64,000 nt of DNA from Candidatus Omnitrophota bacterium. Lineage in GTDB: Bacteria > Omnitrophota > Omnitrophia > Omnitrophales > JACROU01. The translations under genes and the position numbers were made by a program. The stretch is taken from assembly GCA_029261035.1 (NCBI GenBank), contig JAJDCD010000008.1, positions 230,882 to 294,881 on the forward strand. The letters are read 5' to 3'. The notes under the pieces are model-generated. The model was not told the origin of the DNA, did no database searches, and saw nothing but the letters and a program-made list of their open reading frames with translations. Position 1 is the stretch's first letter; the number at the start of each line of letters is the position of its first letter. Below are positions 38,090-48,887 of this stretch, one piece after another.

Positions 38090-39532
38090 TTATCCTGCGA
38101 TTTCAGATGCTTTTTTTAAACGATCAAGACAAAGGTCTTTTTTTAATAAAGGAAGTATGCGTTTCATTTCGGGACCATGAGATCGGTATGTAAGAGCTAC
38201 TCTTAATGGTAGAAATAACTCTTTTCCTTTTTTAGAAACGGATTCTTTTAATTGTTGGTTTAAAACAGAGAAATCCATACTTTCCCCATCCGCCACAGAC
38301 TCAACATAAGATTTAACAGCTTCTACAATTTGGCTAACGCCTTCTTGCTGTAAAACAAATTCATCCTGCATCGGAGCATTTGGATCATAAATAGTAAGCC
38401 GATCTACTAATTCTTCAAATCGAGTAATATTGTCTTTAAAAATAAGAAGAATACTTTTAATTTCATCCAACGGTAATAATTTTAATGATTCAGATAAACA
38501 ATTTTGCTCTTTTAAATAGTCTAAAGCTTTTTGGACATAAACATCATCTTCCAACATCCGAATGTGTTCACCAGAAAGCCAATCCATTTTCTCAATATCA
38601 AAGATTGCTGAAGATTTGTTGACGCGCTTTACATCAAAAGCTTTTTCCAATTCTTCCATTGTGTAGATTTCTTTATCATCTCCAGCAGACCAACCCAAAA
38701 GCGCTAAATAATTATCTACTACTTCTGGTAGATAACCTAATTTACGATACTCTTCTAAAGACTTAGCCCCTTCTCTTTTGCTCAATACCTTTCCCCCCTT
38801 ACCCATAATTAACGAAAGGTGTGCGTACTGTGGTGGTGTAAAACCCATCGCTTTCATCAATAAAATATGTTTAGGTGTGTTAGCTAAATGGTCTTCACCT
38901 CTTAGAACGTGAGTAATCCCCATAGAACCATCATCATAACAAACTGCTAAATGAAATGTAGGAGTTCCATCAGGACGGACAATAATAAAATCTCCAAACA
39001 AATTAAGATCGAATCGAACAGAACCACGAACCAAATCTTCGAATGTAAGTTCCGGTTCATCAATTTTAAAACGGATAGCTGCTTTATCCCCTTTTTCTAA
39101 CCTTTGTTTAACGTCATCTTCACTTAGATTACGGCAACGATTATCATATCGAGGAGGCTGCCCATTCTTCTTACATTCTTCTTTCATCACATCCAAATCC
39201 TGTGGAGTACAAAAACAACGATACGCATGTCCTTGTTGTATTAATTGGTCAACAGCCTTTAAATGAAAATCAAGACGCTTAGATTGCTCATAAGGAGCTG
39301 AGGCACCACCCACATCAGGACCTTCATCCCAATGCAAACCTAACCAATTTAAGTCTTTTAGGATCTGATCAATATATTCTGTTTTCGAACGCTCTTTATC
39401 TGTATCCTCAATTCTCAAAACCAACTTACCCCCTTGGCTTTTAGCATAAAGATAATTAAACAACGCCGTACGAACATTTCCAATATGTAAATAACCTGTA
39501 GGTGAAGGTGCAAAACGAACTTTAACACTCAT
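38090..39532 (-). CDS. gltX: Glutamyl-tRNA synthetase
   Basis: RFAPSPTGYLHIGN (HIGH) and KLSKR (KMSKS-type) motifs; 480 aa. Confidence 0.95.
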   Translation of the reverse strand: MSVKVRFAPSPTGYLHIGNVRTALFNYLYAKSQGGKLVLRIEDTDKERSKTEYIDQILKDLNWLGLHWDEGPDVGGASAPYEQSKRLDFHLKAVDQLIQQGHAYRCFCTPQDLDVMKEECKKNGQPPRYDNRCRNLSEDDVKQRLEKGDKAAIRFKIDEPELTFEDLVRGSVRFDLNLFGDFIIVRPDGTPTFHLAVCYDDGSMGITHVLRGEDHLANTPKHILLMKAMGFTPPQYAHLSLIMGKGGKVLSKREGAKSLEEYRKLGYLPEVVDNYLALLGWSAGDDKEIYTMEELEKAFDVKRVNKSSAIFDIEKMDWLSGEHIRMLEDDVYVQKALDYLKEQNCLSESLKLLPLDEIKSILLIFKDNITRFEELVDRLTIYDPNAPMQDEFVLQQEGVSQIVEAVKSYVESVADGESMDFSVLNQQLKESVSKKGKELFLPLRVALTYRSHGPEMKRILPLLKKDLCLDRLKKASEIAG

Positions 39533-39534
39533 TT

Positions 39535-40722
39535 TTATTTATTTCCTTTCGTAACCACAACCATAGCATCACAAGCAACAGCTTCCCCATCACCAATCGG
39601 GCCTAATCCTTCGGCTGTTTTTGCTTTGATATTGATGTTCTCTTTTTCTAAATTGAGAAACTTTGATAATTTAGATTTAATTTTAGATTTATAGAGACCT
39701 AATTTCGGTCTTTCTAAATGGATCGTACAATCCAGCTGAGAAACAGCCCAACCTTGTTTTTTAGCCATATCTACAATCGAATTTAAAATCTTACTACTGG
39801 ATATGTTTTTGTTTTTCTGATTTGTATCAGAAAAGTATTCGCCAATATCCCCTAAACCCAGAGAACCTAGAATAGCATCCGAAATAGCATGCAACAGAGC
39901 ATCCCCATCCGAGTGACCCAAAGGTCCTTTTGAGAATTTCAATCTTTCTCCCCCAAGAATAAATGGGCGTCCCTGAATAAGACGGTGAATATCGTATCCC
40001 TGTCCGATTTTAATTTCTGCCACCTGAGAAACCATATTCTCTGCCAATTTCCAATCCTGCAAGGTTGTTATTTTAAAATTAAGGGAATCCATTTTAACCA
40101 ATTCAACAGGTTTATCAATAGCTTCTAATAAACTACTTTCATCTGTGGCCTCAAAAGGGTGTTTTTTGTAGTGGTGATAGGCTTCCTTAAGCCATGTTTT
40201 TTTAGCTACTTGAGGTGTTTCGGCCTCCCAAAGAGCCGTTCTAGATACCGTTTTAATTCGTTTACCGGATATCTTTTGCTTAACAGTGGAAGCCATGGGT
40301 TTTGCGATAATGGCCGCCCCCATCTTTTTAGCTCTACGGATCACAGCTTCAATTGCTGTTTTTGTAATAAAGGGTCTTGCAGCATCATGAACCAATACCC
40401 AGGAGCTTTGAGGCTTTACTTTTTTTATACCTTGTAAAACAGAGTCCGCTCTTGTCTTTCCGCCTTCAACAACTTTGACGTTGATATTAGAGGCTCCTTC
40501 AGATCGAATCCATTTCTTAAACGATATGATTTTTTGTTTAGGAACAACAATAATAATTTCAGAAACTAGATTAGAATCTATCAAGGCTTGAACGGAATGC
40601 ATCAAAAGAGGTTTTCCTGCCAAAGGCCAAAACCCTTTGGGTTGAGCATGTAAATTTTTTGAAGTTTTTTTCAGACGGCTTCCAGAGCCTCCCGCAACAA
40701 CAATAGCACTAACGTTTTTCAT
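39535..40722 (-). CDS. ispDF: Bifunctional IspD/IspF (MEP cytidylyltransferase / MEcPP synthase)
   Basis: N-terminal IspD motif AIVVAGGSGSRL, C-terminal IspF motifs (GYDIHRL, GHSDGDALLHAI); 395 aa. Confidence 0.9.
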   Translation of the reverse strand: MKNVSAIVVAGGSGSRLKKTSKNLHAQPKGFWPLAGKPLLMHSVQALIDSNLVSEIIIVVPKQKIISFKKWIRSEGASNINVKVVEGGKTRADSVLQGIKKVKPQSSWVLVHDAARPFITKTAIEAVIRRAKKMGAAIIAKPMASTVKQKISGKRIKTVSRTALWEAETPQVAKKTWLKEAYHHYKKHPFEATDESSLLEAIDKPVELVKMDSLNFKITTLQDWKLAENMVSQVAEIKIGQGYDIHRLIQGRPFILGGERLKFSKGPLGHSDGDALLHAISDAILGSLGLGDIGEYFSDTNQKNKNISSSKILNSIVDMAKKQGWAVSQLDCTIHLERPKLGLYKSKIKSKLSKFLNLEKENINIKAKTAEGLGPIGDGEAVACDAMVVVTKGNK

Positions 40723-41716
40723 GTTTATTCATTAAGGGTTTTGCAAATATCATTCGACCTGCCTGAGTTTGTAATACACTTAAAATTTCAATATCAATCG
40801 TCTTTCCCACTAGACCAGAACCTTCCTCAACAACAATCATGGTGCCATCTTCTAAATAGGAGACACCTTGGTCCGCTTCTTTCCCCTGTTTCACAACCTT
40901 AACAGTCATACGCTCACCAGAAATTGCGGCTGGCTTCAACGCATTAGCCAAATCATTTATATTTAACACATGAACTCCTTGAATTTCAGCTACTTTATTC
41001 AAGTTAAAATCATTCGTCCATATTTTCGCATTTAGCTCTTGTGCCATTTTTACTAATTTAGAATCAACCGTGGGTATCTCTGGATATTCCATATCTTGTA
41101 TTTTTACATTAATTCGTGAAGAGGTTTTTATTTGGTTAAGGATGTCCAATCCGCGACGTCCTTTTGCTCTTTTTAAATCGTCTGCAGAATCCGCTATTTG
41201 CTGCAGTTCTTTTAAAACAAAACGCGGAACAACCATCGTCCCACTCACAAATTCTGTTTCTGCCATCCCCAAAATACGCCCATCAATAATAACACTCGTA
41301 TCTAAAATAATAATTTCTTTTCCTGTATTTTTTGTATCTAAACGAACAAAAGGAATTAAAACCTGAAATTCTTCCTGACCCCTCAAAATTACAATTGCTC
41401 CTAAATAAGAAAATAGGATTGCTGAAAGGTAACTCAACTGCTGGACTGTTGTTTGACTTAAAGAAGACATATTAACAACACTAATAAAAAGACGGCTCAA
41501 AACAAGCCCTAAAACGATTCCCACAAAAATAGAAAGAATATTTCTGACTGTCGCCTTTTTGAAAAAAAGATCCAATAGAATAGCTAAAGCAGCTAAGGTA
41601 ATCCCAATAACCAAACCCCAGACAGAAAAAGGCTCTATCCCAAAAGCAGAAAAACCCATATAGTAACTACCACCTATGCAGGATAGTAGAATAAGAACTC
41701 TTAAGACATGAATCAT
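40709..41716 (-). CDS. Membrane-anchored PIN/TRAM domain protein (YacL-like)
   Basis: N-terminal TM helices, PIN-like acidic core (IILDTSVIIDGR), C-terminal TRAM-like beta region; position upstream of ispDF mirrors Bacillus yacL. Confidence 0.7.
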   Translation of the reverse strand: MIHVLRVLILLSCIGGSYYMGFSAFGIEPFSVWGLVIGITLAALAILLDLFFKKATVRNILSIFVGIVLGLVLSRLFISVVNMSSLSQTTVQQLSYLSAILFSYLGAIVILRGQEEFQVLIPFVRLDTKNTGKEIIILDTSVIIDGRILGMAETEFVSGTMVVPRFVLKELQQIADSADDLKRAKGRRGLDILNQIKTSSRINVKIQDMEYPEIPTVDSKLVKMAQELNAKIWTNDFNLNKVAEIQGVHVLNINDLANALKPAAISGERMTVKVVKQGKEADQGVSYLEDGTMIVVEEGSGLVGKTIDIEILSVLQTQAGRMIFAKPLMNKHEKR

Positions 41717-41770
41717 ATTATTCCTTTTTAAATATTGAATACATTATAGTTATTATAACATTTCAAGGAG

Positions 41771-43558
41771 TTAAAAGCGTGTTTCTAGTTGAGATATAGA
41801 CTTTTCTTGGCCTGGGTCAGAAACGTTGTCTAAAGTGTCAAAATTGGCCTTTTTCCCACTCCAAATTGAGAACACCCCGTCTTTAACTACTTCAACACCA
41901 GAAAGTATGTTTTTATTAGAAAAATCCACATCTCCCTGTATTTGAAATGTTCTTCCATCTTTACTCACATTAGAATCTTTCAACTTCAAATAGTGTCTGT
42001 TGCCGTAAAAATTTAAAATCAAATGATCATAACTTTGGTTATCAATATTTCCATTCTCAATACTGATATACCCAGAAACCTCAGGTTGCTTTGCCTCACC
42101 TCTGATCTTGACCTTCCCGTCCATCTCCCCAATCATTCCAGAAGGAAGTGCATGAAAGCCCAATGAAGTCATTTGATCTAAACTAACATCCTTACACTCC
42201 AAATCCAAATCAACATGTCCGGGGTCTTTAAATTTAATATCTCCTTTTAATGAATATAATTCTCCCCAAGTTATAGCAACATCACTTAATCCATCAATTG
42301 AAAATGTGAAATTTCCTTTAAAGTCTTTTAACGGCTCGTAATTGAATATAAAATAATCTGTGTTAACGGATGCATCCAAAGCAAAATCATTCAAATTCCA
42401 TTCCTTTTTCTGTGGTTTAAATTTAATATGAGTTGAAGTAACAATATCAAAATCATAAATATTTAGATGATCCACTTTTAGATCTAACTGTATATCCATA
42501 TCCTCAAGTGAGAATTGAGCATCATAACGTTGTTTTCCATAAACCAAGCCGATTTGGATTTGTTTTTCGGGAATCAGAACTCTCAGCTGAGCCGTCTTAC
42601 CTTCACCCCAAGAATCTTGTATGAAAATTATTTCTTCTTCTGATTTAATTAAAGATCCACCTAATTCTATTTCTCTTTCTAATAAGTTTATATTGCCATC
42701 AAAACGATTTTTCTCAAAGTCTCCTTCAATATCCAATAGCTCAACTTTCGATTGCAATATCTTTAGCATAAAACTAGGGTTTTCTTTATTAAAACCCGTC
42801 AAATTCCCTCCTAATTGAACCGGAAATGAAAGCAAATTTATATCCATATTCTCAAACACGATATTGTCCTGTCTCAAACGAACCAAACCATTTAAATCAC
42901 GCAGGACGTTTACCCCATCAACAGACTGCCTCACACCCTCTAGATTAAACTGCATATCTACATCTTCTAATTTGTGCCCCACATTGCCTTGTCCAGAGAC
43001 CTTACCTTCCACACTGCCAAAAAAACTACCTTGAAACTTAACTTTAATCTGCCCATCTCCTTTTAGAGATATCTCAGCTTTAGCTATTCTCAAACCGGTA
43101 TCCACTCCATTCACTTTAAATAATGAAAACGATGCATCTTTTAATTGAAGAGCAATAGGAACCGTAAATTTAGGGAGATTCCCCTGAAACAACTTCTGAA
43201 AGGAAAAATTTAAGAGTTGAAATTTAGGCTTTTCTAATAGAATTATGGAAGGTATATTAAAATCCTGTTTAATAATATTATTTAAATTAAAAGATAACTT
43301 AATTCTCTCAACCCCCTTTAAAGAAAGGTCGGAATCATCCTGAGGCCGAACAATTACATCTTTTAAAGACAAACGCGTATCAACATCAAAATCCACATCT
43401 CCAATATTCAGCTCTGTTTTAAGATAATAATTAAGACGTTTAGTGATCTGATTTTTTATTTCTTTGGAGTTAACCCATTGATTCACATAGAAGAACGCAT
43501 AGATAGCTGCTATAAGAAAAAGAGATAAAAAAAAGAGAGGAATTAAGATTTTTTTCAT
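41771..43558 (-). CDS. Hypothetical membrane-anchored beta-rich protein (possibly AsmA/TamB-like)
   Basis: N-terminal signal anchor followed by about 560 aa of repetitive beta-strand-like sequence; no catalytic motif. Confidence 0.35.
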   Translation of the reverse strand: MKKILIPLFFLSLFLIAAIYAFFYVNQWVNSKEIKNQITKRLNYYLKTELNIGDVDFDVDTRLSLKDVIVRPQDDSDLSLKGVERIKLSFNLNNIIKQDFNIPSIILLEKPKFQLLNFSFQKLFQGNLPKFTVPIALQLKDASFSLFKVNGVDTGLRIAKAEISLKGDGQIKVKFQGSFFGSVEGKVSGQGNVGHKLEDVDMQFNLEGVRQSVDGVNVLRDLNGLVRLRQDNIVFENMDINLLSFPVQLGGNLTGFNKENPSFMLKILQSKVELLDIEGDFEKNRFDGNINLLEREIELGGSLIKSEEEIIFIQDSWGEGKTAQLRVLIPEKQIQIGLVYGKQRYDAQFSLEDMDIQLDLKVDHLNIYDFDIVTSTHIKFKPQKKEWNLNDFALDASVNTDYFIFNYEPLKDFKGNFTFSIDGLSDVAITWGELYSLKGDIKFKDPGHVDLDLECKDVSLDQMTSLGFHALPSGMIGEMDGKVKIRGEAKQPEVSGYISIENGNIDNQSYDHLILNFYGNRHYLKLKDSNVSKDGRTFQIQGDVDFSNKNILSGVEVVKDGVFSIWSGKKANFDTLDNVSDPGQEKSISQLETRF

Positions 43559-43573
43559 GAATATATAAGAATT

Positions 43574-43615
43574 AAAAAAGGGACACTTTCCATCTGCTTA
43601 AAAGAAGCGTGTCCC
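43574..43615 (-). terminator. Putative terminator downstream of clpC
   Basis: Minus-strand stem GGGACAC/GTGTCCC followed by T6; loop is long (about 22 nt), so only moderate support. Confidence 0.4.
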
Positions 43616-43624
43616 TAAAGTAAT

Positions 43625-46075
43625 CTAGGCTTTAACAAATACCAAAGCTTCTCCTTTGAGATCCGCTTTGATTTTGTCTCCAGCTTTAAAAGTTCCTAAC
43701 AACAATTCTTCTGAAAGAACATTCTCAATATATTTTTGAATTGTTCTTTTAAGAGGTCGTGCTCCATAAACAGGATCGTAACCCTTATCAATCAAAAATT
43801 GAACGGCCTTCTTTGAAAAAGTAAGGTCTAACTCTTGTTCATTCAGACGTTTCACAACATCATTTAATTCTAAGTTAATGATTTGCTCAAGATTTTCCCT
43901 ATTCAAAGGATGGAAGACAATCATATCATCCACACGATTCAAAAATTCTGGACGAAAGAAACGCTTCGCTTCATCAACAAGTTTTCCTTTAAGCTCTTCA
44001 AATTTCAAATCATCTCCTGCAGGCTTAAAACCCAGGTCTCCTTGTTTGTGAATGAGGCTAGCACCCACATTGGATGTCATAATCAAAATAACATTTCTAA
44101 AATCCACTTTACGTCCAAAGGAGTCCGTTAAATGCCCATCTTCCATTACTTGGAGTAGAATATTAAAAATATCAGGGTGTGCTTTTTCAATTTCATCTAG
44201 AAGCACAACACTATAGGGACGTCTTCTAATTTTCTCTGTTAACTGCCCTCCTTCTTCATAACCCACATACCCTGGAGGCGCTCCCACTAATCGAGATACA
44301 TTAAACTTTTCTCCATATTCAGACATATCAATTTGAAGAACAGCTTCTCGATCACCAAACATAAAATCAGCCAACGCTCGCGCTAGCAATGTTTTCCCCA
44401 CCCCTGTCGGACCCATAAAAATAAAGCTTCCTATAGGCTTTCTTGGGTTTTGAAGACCACTGCGAGACCTTCTCACTGCATGCGATATAGCTTTAATAGC
44501 TTCTTCTTGACCAATTACCATATTATGCAGCTCTTCTTCCATACGCAATAATCGTTGAGTCTCTTTTTCCTCTAGGCGCTGCAATGGAATTCCTGTCCAT
44601 TTCGCAACCACAACAGCAATGTCTTCATCCGAAACAATAACTTCTGTATCCGATTTCGCTTCTTGCCATTGTTTTTTAACTCGATTAAATTCTTCTTTAG
44701 CTTTACGTTCCGAATCTCTAAGCTTAGCTGCCTTTTCGAAATCTTGATCTTTGATTGAAGACTCTTTTTCTAAGCGAAATTGTTCTATATCTGCCTCAAG
44801 CTTTTTTAGATCTTTTGGAAGAGTTGTTACAGATAAACGCGCTCTAGAACCCGCTTCGTCAATCAAATCAATAGCTTTGTCTGGTAAGAATCGTCCGGTA
44901 ATATAACGGTCCGAAAGCTTCGCCGAAGCCGTCAATGCTTCATCCGTGATCTTCGCACGATGATGCGCTTCGTATTTATCTCTAAGCCCTTTCAAAATCT
45001 CAATTGTTTCGGTCACCGTAGGAGGCTCTACATTTATCGTTTGAAAACGACGAGCTAAAGCAGAATCCTTTTCGATATACTTACGATATTCATCCAATGT
45101 GGTTGCTCCGATACATTGGATTTCACCACGAGATAAAGCTGGTTTTAAAATATTAGAAGCATCAATTGCACCCTCAGCACCTCCAGCTCCTACCAAAGTA
45201 TGTAACTCATCAATAAATATAATAATATTTTCATGTCTTCGAATCTCATCCATAACCGCTTTGATGCGTTCCTCAAACTGCCCTCGATATTTTGTTCCAG
45301 CGACCATAAGGGCCAGATCCAAAACAACAATTCGTTTATCCATTAATATTTCGGGAACATTTCCATTCACAATTCTTTGTGCTAAACCTTCGACGATAGC
45401 CGTTTTACCAACCCCTGCTTCACCTAACAAAACAGGATTGTTTTTCGTACGACGACTTAGAATTTGTGTTACTCGTTCAATTTCATCTTGTCGATTAACA
45501 ACAGGGTCTAGCTTTCCATCACGAGCGTACTGAGATAAATCTCGACCAAAAGAATCTAATGCCGGTGTCTTTGTTTTCCCTTTAGCGACACCCCCAGAAG
45601 CAGCGCCACCACCTCCACCACCTCCGCCTTGAGGAGTAGAAGACCCTAACAGTTTAATTACTTCGGTTCTTACTTTATTAAGATCAAGACCTACATTCAT
45701 TAAAACATGACTAGCAACACCCTCTCCCTCTTTAATTAAACCTAAAAGAAGATGTTCTGTTCCTATATAGTTATGCCCCAAGCGACGAGCTTCATCCATT
45801 GCTAACTCAATTACTTTTTTTGCTTTTGGCGTAAAAGGAATATCTCCAGACACAATAGTGCTAGGACCAAACTGAACTAATTTTTCCACTTCTAAACGGA
45901 TTGTTTCAAGGGAAAGTCCCAAAGTTTGTAATACCGCAGCAGCAACACTTTCTCCTTCTTTAATCAAACCTAAAAGAATATGTTCTGTTCCAATATAATC
46001 ATGATTAAATCGCTTAGCTTCTTCTTTTGCCAATATAATGACTTTGCGTGCTCTTTCTGTAAATCTATCAAACAT
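43625..46075 (-). CDS. clpC: ATP-dependent Clp protease ATP-binding subunit ClpC
   Basis: Duplicated Clp_N repeat, two AAA+ modules ([15 protein letters not shown]; [15 protein letters not shown]), UVR-like coiled coil; poly-Gly linker after N-domain; 816 aa. Confidence 0.9.
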   Translation of the reverse strand: MFDRFTERARKVIILAKEEAKRFNHDYIGTEHILLGLIKEGESVAAAVLQTLGLSLETIRLEVEKLVQFGPSTIVSGDIPFTPKAKKVIELAMDEARRLGHNYIGTEHLLLGLIKEGEGVASHVLMNVGLDLNKVRTEVIKLLGSSTPQGGGGGGGGAASGGVAKGKTKTPALDSFGRDLSQYARDGKLDPVVNRQDEIERVTQILSRRTKNNPVLLGEAGVGKTAIVEGLAQRIVNGNVPEILMDKRIVVLDLALMVAGTKYRGQFEERIKAVMDEIRRHENIIIFIDELHTLVGAGGAEGAIDASNILKPALSRGEIQCIGATTLDEYRKYIEKDSALARRFQTINVEPPTVTETIEILKGLRDKYEAHHRAKITDEALTASAKLSDRYITGRFLPDKAIDLIDEAGSRARLSVTTLPKDLKKLEADIEQFRLEKESSIKDQDFEKAAKLRDSERKAKEEFNRVKKQWQEAKSDTEVIVSDEDIAVVVAKWTGIPLQRLEEKETQRLLRMEEELHNMVIGQEEAIKAISHAVRRSRSGLQNPRKPIGSFIFMGPTGVGKTLLARALADFMFGDREAVLQIDMSEYGEKFNVSRLVGAPPGYVGYEEGGQLTEKIRRRPYSVVLLDEIEKAHPDIFNILLQVMEDGHLTDSFGRKVDFRNVILIMTSNVGASLIHKQGDLGFKPAGDDLKFEELKGKLVDEAKRFFRPEFLNRVDDMIVFHPLNRENLEQIINLELNDVVKRLNEQELDLTFSKKAVQFLIDKGYDPVYGARPLKRTIQKYIENVLSEELLLGTFKAGDKIKADLKGEALVFVKA

Positions 46076-46258
46076 GATGTATGCCTCCCAACTCGTACAT
46101 AGCTATAATTTCATTTTTAAAGTCTGCTTTTATATATCGAATGAATCCCTCTTTGACTTTAAGGTTAAGCCTAAATTATAGGACTTATCCACAGGGGCAG
46201 CAAGGTATATATATCCTTTAAAACTGGCTATGAGGGTTATTGCTTATACAGCAATAAG

Positions 46259-47320
46259 TTAAACAATTTGAACTTTGGAAAGGGTTTCTCGAATAAGCGT
46301 GGCTCGTTCTATATCACGTTCGTCCGGATTAAGAGTTTTACCTTTTCTCTTTTGTAAGTGTGCAGGTTGAGCAAAGATTAGAAGTTCATTTAAATTTTTA
46401 CGATTCAAACCTTTAATAACTTCAATATCCATTCCTAATCGAAGCATTGACAAAAGACCCGTAGCCTCTTTACTCGTCATAATGCGAGCTGATTTAAGCA
46501 CACCTAAAGCTCTCCAAATTTGATCGAAAAATTTTTGCTGTTTCTTTTCCGATAATGTCTTTCTTGCTTCTCTCTCATTATCAATAATTTGTCTTATTAC
46601 TTTTTCAAAGCCATCAATAATATCAATTTCACTTTGCCCTAAAGTAGATTGATTTGAAATCTGAAAAAAGTTACCACTTGCTTCTGTCCCCTCCCCATAA
46701 AGACCCCTAACAGCAAGGTTCAACTTTGAAAGAGCTTGAAGCACTTTATTGATTTGTTTCGTCATAACTAAACAAGGTAGATGAAGCATACACGACGCCC
46801 GCAACCCCGTCCCAACATTCGTAGGACACGCAGTGAGATAACCCAAAGTATTGTCAAAAGCAAAAGAAAGCTTCTTTTCTAATTGATTATCTACTTGATC
46901 TATAAGCTTCCAGCATTTCATTAAATCAAAACCTGATTGAATTACCTGAATTCTCAGATGATCTTCTTCTATAACCATAACACTAACGGATTCCGTCTTC
47001 GTAAAACAGAGCCCTACATTATCTTTGTTATTTGCGTGTTCCACACTCATCAAATGCCGCTCCACAAAAAACCGACGATCCATCTCGTTTAAATTTTGTG
47101 TCTCCACAAAAAAAGCATTTTTTAATTTAGTAGAGCTTTGAGCCGAAAGCTTCACTTCTTCAATAAGGGTCTTCCTTTCGTCTTTTGAAAGTTTCTGAGA
47201 GAAAGGATATCCTTCAAGATTCCTTGCTAAACGAACCCGGCTACTCATCACAATATCATGATCTGGCCCTGTGGCCTTTAACCATTCACAAGGAGAATCA
47301 ATAAAACTTTTAAGATCCAT
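46259..47320 (-). CDS. mcsB: Protein arginine kinase (McsB, ATP:guanido phosphotransferase family)
   Basis: Phosphagen-kinase core motifs (CPTNVGTGLRASCMLHLP); overlaps mcsA; 353 aa. Confidence 0.85.
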   Translation of the reverse strand: MDLKSFIDSPCEWLKATGPDHDIVMSSRVRLARNLEGYPFSQKLSKDERKTLIEEVKLSAQSSTKLKNAFFVETQNLNEMDRRFFVERHLMSVEHANNKDNVGLCFTKTESVSVMVIEEDHLRIQVIQSGFDLMKCWKLIDQVDNQLEKKLSFAFDNTLGYLTACPTNVGTGLRASCMLHLPCLVMTKQINKVLQALSKLNLAVRGLYGEGTEASGNFFQISNQSTLGQSEIDIIDGFEKVIRQIIDNEREARKTLSEKKQQKFFDQIWRALGVLKSARIMTSKEATGLLSMLRLGMDIEVIKGLNRKNLNELLIFAQPAHLQKRKGKTLNPDERDIERATLIRETLSKVQIV

Positions 47321-47828
47321 TTTTCTTTTTAACTTTCTTTTTAGGTACTTCCAATTTTTTAATTAAATCTCTCACCTTCACAGCTTCCTCAAAGGCTTCT
47401 TTCTCTACTAGAATACGGAGTTGTTCTTGAAGTTTTCTTAATTCGATCTGCGGTTTTAGTTCTCCAGGTACTTTCTTAGGCCTTTTGCCTATATGCTTTG
47501 TAGATCGATGTATTCTTTTAACTAAAGAGTTCAAGGATGTTTTAAAAGAGACATAACAGTGAGGACAACCTAAACGACCCGATTTACTGAAATCTTCAAA
47601 TGTACTGTTACATTGACTACACTTGGAGACTTCTGTGCTTAGTGAAGATTCAACAGTATCCTTATCCGCAATTCCGGCTAGAAGGTCACTAAAATTAAAA
47701 TACTGTTTTATATCGGTACCCTTCTCGTAAGCACATTGCTCACAAAGATGTAACTCCATCATTTTTGAATTAACAATTTCTGTTAAATGTATAGTAGCAT
47801 CTTCCGTACTACAGACTGAACATTTCAC
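47310..47828 (-). CDS. mcsA: McsA-like activator (zinc-finger plus UVR domain)
   Basis: Two CxxC...CxxC zinc-ribbon pairs and C-terminal UVR-like helix (LRKLQEQLRILVEKEAFEEAVKVRDLIKKLE); 172 aa. Confidence 0.75.
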   Translation of the reverse strand: MKCSVCSTEDATIHLTEIVNSKMMELHLCEQCAYEKGTDIKQYFNFSDLLAGIADKDTVESSLSTEVSKCSQCNSTFEDFSKSGRLGCPHCYVSFKTSLNSLVKRIHRSTKHIGKRPKKVPGELKPQIELRKLQEQLRILVEKEAFEEAVKVRDLIKKLEVPKKKVKKKNGS

Positions 47829-47974
47829 GGCTTCATCCTTTGTTTAATTGAAGAGAGTACAGAAGAGAGAGCACAGAAAATAGAAAAATCACTTCAAGAC
47901 AAGAGAACTGTACTCTGTGCTCCGTTCTCCATTCTCTATACTCAATTGTAACAGATGGCAATGAGGCGCTTTGG

Positions 47975-48886
47975 TTACAATGAATATTTCACACCTTCTA
48001 CTTTGGTTAGTTTTTTAAAAGCGGTTGTCAGTTTCGAAGTTATTTTTCCAGGCTTACCCAAACCGATAATACGATTATCAATTTTAACAACAGGCATCAA
48101 CTCTGCTGCCGTTCCCGTTAAAAAGCATTCGTCGGCATTAAAAAGATCATGGCGTGTAAGGGCTCGTTCTTCATTAGGCAACCCAGCATCTCTCGCATTA
48201 TCCAAAATCGCTTGTCTCGTAATCCCTTTTAAAGCTCCCATATGAGAGGGCGGTGTTAATAGTTGTCCGTCTTTAACAATAAATATATTAGCCCCAGTAC
48301 ACTCAGAAACATAACCTTGATGATTTAACATAATCGCATCCAAATATCCTGCGGTAGTTGCTTCAATTTTTGCCAAAATATTATTTAAATAATTGAGGGA
48401 CTTAATGCTTGGATTAACTGCTTCTGGATGATTACGAACCGTTGGAACAGTAATAATCTCAATACCTTCTTTATAAAGTGTGTCAGGATACAAAACAATT
48501 TTATCTGTAATTACAAAAATGGTTGGTTTTTTGCATTTACGCGGATCTAAACCCAAATCTCCACTACCTCGGGTTACGACTAAACGGATATAGGCATCTT
48601 TAAGCTTATTTTTTTGCAATGTCTTAATAACAATATCTTGTAGTTGCTTCTTTGTGTATGGAATCTCAAGCATAAGTGTATGCGCCGATTCCCACAAACG
48701 ATCCAAATGCTCTTCTAAACGAAAACAAAGATTATTATAAGATCGCATTCCTTCAAAAACACCATCCCCATAAAGAAGACCATGATCAAAGATAGATACT
48801 TTGGCATTTTCTTTATAAACATATTCCCCATCTAAAAAAACGATGTTTTTTTCTTTTTTTGTCTTTGTTTGTGTTTTACGTTTCAC
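47975..48886 (-). CDS. Class IV aminotransferase (branched-chain amino acid aminotransferase-like)
   Basis: N-terminal HGLLYGDGVFEGMRSY, fold-type IV motifs; start placed at GTG 48886 with AAGGAG RBS inside the lolD 3' end; K-rich N-terminal extension in listed ORF likely not translated. Confidence 0.75.
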   Translation of the reverse strand: MKRKTQTKTKKEKNIVFLDGEYVYKENAKVSIFDHGLLYGDGVFEGMRSYNNLCFRLEEHLDRLWESAHTLMLEIPYTKKQLQDIVIKTLQKNKLKDAYIRLVVTRGSGDLGLDPRKCKKPTIFVITDKIVLYPDTLYKEGIEIITVPTVRNHPEAVNPSIKSLNYLNNILAKIEATTAGYLDAIMLNHQGYVSECTGANIFIVKDGQLLTPPSHMGALKGITRQAILDNARDAGLPNEERALTRHDLFNADECFLTGTAAELMPVVKIDNRIIGLGKPGKITSKLTTAFKKLTKVEGVKYSL

Positions 48887-48887
48887 C

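Noticed and set aside
45099-45533. 144-aa plus-strand ORF antisense to clpC
   Set aside because: Inside the strongly supported ClpC coding region
45590-45630. GGN repeat tract encoding the poly-Gly linker of ClpC, considered as a possible slippage or frameshift site
   Set aside because: Frame is maintained through the tract and flanking Clp_N and AAA+ domains are intact; looks like a flexible linker
46076-46258. Possible CtsR operator (AGTCAAAgaGGGATTCA) between mcsB and clpC
   Set aside because: Only one heptad matches RGTCAAA, the second repeat is poor, and no ctsR gene is present in the window
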